Below are positions 25,013-29,459 of a stretch of 29,459 nucleotides of DNA, in pieces. Within the stretch, counting starts at the first letter, position 1, and every line of letters begins with the position of its first letter. The stretch is from a virus. The notes below the pieces were generated by a model that was not told the DNA's origin, did no database searches, and worked only from the letters and a program-made list of their open reading frames with translations. The DNA is taken from the UHGV virus genome UHGV-0099905, one strand, 5' to 3'. Both the position numbers and the translations under genes were made by a program.

Positions 25013-26533
25013 TTAACTGATGCCCGACATGGAAAATGCGCCACTTCCACGGCTGATTAGCATCACGGGCGAATAAATATGTGTCTGTGATGAACTGGTC
25101 ACTTTTACCGTAACAGCAACAGTTCTTGAGGTAACATTGTTAAAAGCAGCGTAAAGAGTGCCACCGACGCCTGTAGAACTTGTCGAATTAAGATCAGGGT
25201 CTCTGTATGTTGCCCCCTTACCAGTGGTTGCGGTCTTCGTCACTCCATTGCAGGTAAATTGGGCTGCAACAGGGCCGACGCCCCCCGTATATACATTTAT
25301 TGCCACATAAATATTTTTGGGCAATGCAGACGAAGAAGAGTCTGTATATGTCATTGTATATGTGCCGTTGTAACGAACTGAGAAGTCATTGCCCACATAC
25401 ATGTTAGCGACATCGCCTACGAAGTGATCTGCTTGTACCGTGCCTCTGAATGTTCCGCTGGTAGCCTGTATTTCTCCTGTGAATTTGCCATTCGTTGCGT
25501 AAACGGTGCCTCTAACAGTTACATTGTTAAACTCTGAGTTCCCGTTTTTATTAATATGCCACCCCGTCATCCCGCTTGAGTAATCGTTGGACTGAATGAA
25601 GTTGCCTATTTTGGCGTTATCAATGGTGCCGTTCTTGATATAAGCTCCGTTCATATAAGCCACACCGGCATCAATAACGAATGGCGTTGTAATTTTCCCA
25701 TTAACGGAGTTCACCAAACCAAAGCGATCTGCCTGCACCAAAAACTGCGATAGACCTGTTGTGTCGATGCCCAACGCTATGCCGGCAACATATTTTTGGC
25801 CTCCGCTGGTGGAGGTTTCCATTTTCAGCGTCCAGGCTGTTGATACCTTCTTGTTCGTATCAGCAATAGCTGTGGCCTGTTGTTGAATTGTTGCTGTATT
25901 TCCATCTACTGATGCTTTTAAGGTGTCAACTCTCCCACTTAGTGCATTGTCGGCGCTTGACGCATCAAACGTCACCTTGAAGCGCATCGTCTGGTGTTCA
26001 GCGCCGACTCGCTCGGTTTTCTCGCGTTTGTCCTCATCGACCGGCTCGTCATCGCCACGGGAGAGCGCTTCCAGCGCTTCAAGATCGATAACGGACGCTT
26101 TGGCGAGTGTTGCCGCCATTTCGTCGTCATACGGGGCGATATCGGACAACCGGTAGTCGATTTCAGACTGGATTTCTTCGATTAAGCGCTGCAAAGCGAC
26201 CTGATCGTCTTCGCCGTAGCGCTCGTTGTCGACGAGGGAAATCTGTTTAGCCACCAGATCGTTAATTTTGCCCACGGAGATGACGGGAACCGTTGAAATG
26301 CCCTGCTCCATCGCGGCACGCCAGCGGTGTTCACCACCGAGGATCTCAAAAATGCCCCCGTCCAACTCCCGCGCCAGAATTGGCTTAAAAAAGCCCAATT
26401 TTTCGATAGAGCCTTTCAGTTTTTCGAAGTTTTGCGCCCCAACGGAGTTGGTATTCCAGGGATTCGGACGCAGGTTCGCGACTTCCACCTGCAGAATCGT
26501 AATTTTCACACCCATAATTCTGATACAATCCAT
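25013..26533 (-). CDS. Chimeric protein: N-terminal ParB/Srx-like nuclease domain fused to a lambda J-type (host-specificity / tail-tip) C-terminal region
   Basis: N-terminal LRPNPWN...ILGGEHRWRAA resembles ParB box motifs; an acidic linker follows; the C-terminal half (FLVQADRFGLVNSVNGKITTPFVIDAGVAYMNGAYIKNGTIDNAKIG...) resembles the C-terminal receptor-binding part of J-like proteins; single uninterrupted ORF. Confidence 0.55.
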   Translation of the reverse strand: MDCIRIMGVKITILQVEVANLRPNPWNTNSVGAQNFEKLKGSIEKLGFFKPILARELDGGIFEILGGEHRWRAAMEQGISTVPVISVGKINDLVAKQISLVDNERYGEDDQVALQRLIEEIQSEIDYRLSDIAPYDDEMAATLAKASVIDLEALEALSRGDDEPVDEDKREKTERVGAEHQTMRFKVTFDASSADNALSGRVDTLKASVDGNTATIQQQATAIADTNKKVSTAWTLKMETSTSGGQKYVAGIALGIDTTGLSQFLVQADRFGLVNSVNGKITTPFVIDAGVAYMNGAYIKNGTIDNAKIGNFIQSNDYSSGMTGWHINKNGNSEFNNVTVRGTVYATNGKFTGEIQATSGTFRGTVQADHFVGDVANMYVGNDFSVRYNGTYTMTYTDSSSSALPKNIYVAINVYTGGVGPVAAQFTCNGVTKTATTGKGATYRDPDLNSTSSTGVGGTLYAAFNNVTSRTVAVTVKVTSSSQTHIYSPVMLISRGSGAFSMSGIS

Positions 26534-26535
26534 TG

Positions 26536-26553
26536 TATAAGTACTTACTTACC
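26536..26553. promoter_or_regulatory. Motif copy TATAAGTACTTACTTACC (contains palindrome TAAGTACTTA) in the divergent intergenic region
   Basis: Lies 3 nt from the ATG of the minus-strand gene and about 45 nt upstream of the plus-strand helicase ATG. Confidence 0.5.
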
Positions 26554-26597
26554 ATAATAGCCAATTACCATACAAAAGGCACGAAGGAAAGAGGTTT

Positions 26598-28157
26598 ATG
26601 ACAGTTCGGATTGTATCGAATGCAGTCAATGCGCTGATTTCTAGCGCTGATGACAACGTGAAGCGGCTCGTTCAGGAGATGTTGAGCTATGAAGTGGAGG
26701 CTGGGGACTGGAAAGGAACCAGCACGATGTTCAACTGGAGCAAAAACGCGTTCCCGGCTGGGTTTGCGAAGCCAGTTGCAGCCAACCTTCTGAAAGCTGG
26801 CATCAAATGCGTGCATGTGCGCAAGGAAAAAGCTCCCGCGCTGGGCAAGCCGAACCCGGTAGTTAACCCATTCCCGTATAACCCGGACTATGCGTATCAG
26901 GATCAGACAGTGGAAACACTGGTGCGCGAAGGGATGATGATTGCCCAGATTGCGACGGGTGGCGGTAAATCGAACGTAGCGTGTAAGGCTGCTGCTCGCA
27001 TTGGTCGTATGACGCTGTTTTTAACCACGCGATCGGTTCTGATGTTCCAGATGGCAGAGAACTTCCAGAAATCCATCGACTACCGCGCGGAGAATGGCGA
27101 GCCGTGGCTGAAAGGTCAGAGAGTTGGGGTGATTGGATCGGGTGAGTTCCAGGTCTCGCGCCATATCAACGTTGCCACGGTGCAGACCCTGGCCAGTTTT
27201 CTCGAAGAGCCACCGCGCGACGCATCACCGGAGAAAAAACAGTACCACCTGAAGCGCCGGGAACTGGTTAAACGCTTCCTGTCCAGCGTTTCTCTGCTGA
27301 TTCTGGAAGAGGCACACGAATCATCTGGTTCTAACTTCTACGACATCGCCCGGTTGTGCATCAATGCCGACTACCGTCTGGCGCTGACAGCTACGCCGTT
27401 CATGAAGGACTCGACTGAAGCAAATATGCGTCTCATGGCCGTTGCGGGTCGCATCGAGATAAAAGTAACGGAGAAATATTTGATCGACAGAGGTATTTTA
27501 GCGAAACCATACTTTTTATATCATAAAATCGCGTACACTCCAGATGAGGCGCGGATTAGAGCCGAACTTGCTTCAAAACACCTGAATTTTCGGGTTGGAA
27601 TGAGCACGGCTTACCAGAAAGCCTATCAGTTAGGCATCGTCTATAATCTGGGCCGCAACGAAGCTATTGTGCGTGAAGCGCTAATGTACAAGAGTCACGG
27701 TCTGAACTGTATGACATTGGTTCGTCTGAAGCGTCATGGTCAGATCTTGATGGAAATGATGAAAGAGAGTGGCCTCAAGGTCGATTTCATCTACGGAGAA
27801 TCAAACCAGACTACCCGACAAGCAAAACTTAATAGTCTGGCGGCAGGCAAGATAGATGTTCTCATTGGTTCAACCATTCTGGATGTTGGTGTCGACGTTC
27901 CAAGCGTAGGCGCGGTGATTCTGGGTGGTGGCGGGAAAGCAGAAGTTGAAATGAGACAGCGTGTCGGTCGTGGCTTACGAGCCAAGAAAAATCAGGCTAA
28001 CGTGTGCTTTATTACCGACTTCATCGACGTGAGCAACAAATACCTCATGTCGCATTCATATGAGCGGAAACACATTATCGACACGACGCCTGGGTTTGCC
28101 GAGGGGGTCTTGCCGGTTGGCAGCACATTCGATTTCACTGTTTTGGATAGAGAGTAA
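26598..28157 (+). CDS. Superfamily II DNA/RNA helicase (DExH-type variant)
   Basis: Motif I QIATGGGKSN, motif II LLILEEAHE, motif III LTATPF, motif VI QRVGRGLR. Confidence 0.8.
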   Translation: MTVRIVSNAVNALISSADDNVKRLVQEMLSYEVEAGDWKGTSTMFNWSKNAFPAGFAKPVAANLLKAGIKCVHVRKEKAPALGKPNPVVNPFPYNPDYAYQDQTVETLVREGMMIAQIATGGGKSNVACKAAARIGRMTLFLTTRSVLMFQMAENFQKSIDYRAENGEPWLKGQRVGVIGSGEFQVSRHINVATVQTLASFLEEPPRDASPEKKQYHLKRRELVKRFLSSVSLLILEEAHESSGSNFYDIARLCINADYRLALTATPFMKDSTEANMRLMAVAGRIEIKVTEKYLIDRGILAKPYFLYHKIAYTPDEARIRAELASKHLNFRVGMSTAYQKAYQLGIVYNLGRNEAIVREALMYKSHGLNCMTLVRLKRHGQILMEMMKESGLKVDFIYGESNQTTRQAKLNSLAAGKIDVLIGSTILDVGVDVPSVGAVILGGGGKAEVEMRQRVGRGLRAKKNQANVCFITDFIDVSNKYLMSHSYERKHIIDTTPGFAEGVLPVGSTFDFTVLDRE

Positions 28158-28159
28158 GC

Positions 28160-28438
28160 ATGAGCGAGAAACGCGCTATTAACTGCCAGGTTAAGTTAAC
28201 CGAAAAAGCAAACGATAAACTAGAGACCTTTCAGAATCGACTGCGTGAACGCAGCATAAAACTGTCAAAGGCAGACATCATCAATCTGGTACTGTCCAAT
28301 ATGACGATGGGTGATTTTGATAAGATAGCTACGTCATTAGAGACTACTGCAAAGGCTCGTGAAAAGGTCATGAAGATTTACGAAAACTCGGGTATGACCA
28401 AAGAAGATCTGGCCGATATTCTAAAACGCCTCGATTGA
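28160..28438 (+). CDS. Hypothetical protein (92 aa), translationally coupled to the helicase
   Basis: ATG overlaps the helicase stop (TAAGCATG); helical, charged. Confidence 0.5.
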   Translation: MSEKRAINCQVKLTEKANDKLETFQNRLRERSIKLSKADIINLVLSNMTMGDFDKIATSLETTAKAREKVMKIYENSGMTKEDLADILKRLD

Positions 28439-28443
28439 GCATT

Positions 28444-28468
28444 ATGGCGCCTTGAGGCGCCATGATTT
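28444..28468 (+). terminator. Hairpin ATGGCGCC-ttga-GGCGCCAT followed by a short T-run (terminator or attenuator)
   Basis: 8-bp perfect inverted repeat seen directly, followed by GATTTTC. Confidence 0.35.
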
Positions 28469-28497
28469 TCGTAAAGATAAGGATTTTGTTCGGCACA

Positions 28498-28920
28498 ATG
28501 AAACACGTATTACTTCCTCTGGTTGCTGCCTCCGCGTTACTTATCACTGCATGTCAATCTCGTCCTATTCCTGTCTCTGAGGCAAAGCCAGCACCGCAGA
28601 CCAGAATATTCAAATACCAATCTCCGGCGGCATCGACGCTGGTGGTTATGAGAGATAAAAGCATGGTGGGCGCCGGTTGCGACGCATCGATCTTCATCAA
28701 TGGCGAAACCGTTGCAAAACTGGAAACAGGTGAAAAAGTCACTTTTCATCTGGATGCCGGAGAATGGATTGTTGGCGCCTCACTCGAAGACGCTGGGCTG
28801 TGCGCACTGAATCCTGCTCGTCAGGAACGCGAGACGATTACCAAAGCTGGCGAGACGAAAGTCTTCCGGGTGTTCACCAGTAATGCTGGTGACATCGATA
28901 TCTTACCAACGACACTGTGA
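28498..28920 (+). CDS. Lipoprotein (about 140 aa precursor)
   Basis: Signal peptide MKHVLLPLVAASALLITAC with lipobox; start placed at ATG 28498 rather than the track start 28462. Confidence 0.6.
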   Translation: MKHVLLPLVAASALLITACQSRPIPVSEAKPAPQTRIFKYQSPAASTLVVMRDKSMVGAGCDASIFINGETVAKLETGEKVTFHLDAGEWIVGASLEDAGLCALNPARQERETITKAGETKVFRVFTSNAGDIDILPTTL

Positions 28921-28924
28921 CGAT

Positions 28925-29092
28925 ATGACGAATATTACTGACATCACCTACGGGATTCCTGCAGAAGTCTGGCCGCGCGATTACACCAACGTGGAGAAAG
29001 CGCTGATGTTCTGGCGCAAGTCTCTTATTCCTGTAAGGGTCACGATGGAAGATGGTCAGGTGTTCTGCATGTATGTTCAGGGTCTCATGTAG
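28925..29092 (+). CDS. Small hypothetical protein (55 aa)
   Basis: ATG 5 nt after the lipoprotein stop; no recognisable motif. Confidence 0.3.
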   Translation: MTNITDITYGIPAEVWPRDYTNVEKALMFWRKSLIPVRVTMEDGQVFCMYVQGLM

Positions 29093-29095
29093 TGG

Positions 29096-29459
<364 letters not shown>

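Overview
Mosaic enterobacterial mobile-element region with phage-plasmid character, annotated by eye from the sequence and ORF track; no searches were run. Left to right: (1) an N-terminally truncated methyl-accepting chemotaxis protein signalling domain (51-1004); (2) a minus-strand replication/repair block with a T7-type ATP-dependent DNA ligase (2217-3539) followed by four translationally coupled tiny genes, three of them single-pass membrane proteins; (3) two insertion-sequence remnants (an IS3-family orfA fragment and an internally deleted IS2-like element) next to an AT-rich chaperone-usher fimbrial operon (6730-11539); (4) a phd/doc addiction module essentially identical to that of phage P1; (5) a minus-strand primase / DnaB-like helicase operon; (6) a stand-alone GIY-YIG nuclease-domain gene; (7) a small ParA-type partition locus; (8) a DUF1778/GNAT (TacA/TacT-like) toxin-antitoxin pair; (9) a lysis-like cassette with an overlapping spanin pair; (10) a tail-fibre block (Gly-rich protein, lambda Stf-like side tail fibre with C-terminal intramolecular chaperone, and a ParB-like domain fused to a lambda J-like C-terminal fragment); (11) a divergent SF2 helicase / small protein / lipoprotein operon; (12) the 3' end of another IS3-family transposase at the window edge. 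The most striking sequence-level signal is a palindromic motif family (half-site ATAAGTA / TACTTAT) present at nine promoter-proximal or operon-boundary positions, marking essentially every operon of the phage-like backbone but not the plasmid-type or cargo modules. No CRISPR array, rRNA or tRNA was detected by eye. Family names come from recognisable motifs and from memory of reference proteins, so they are hypotheses to confirm.
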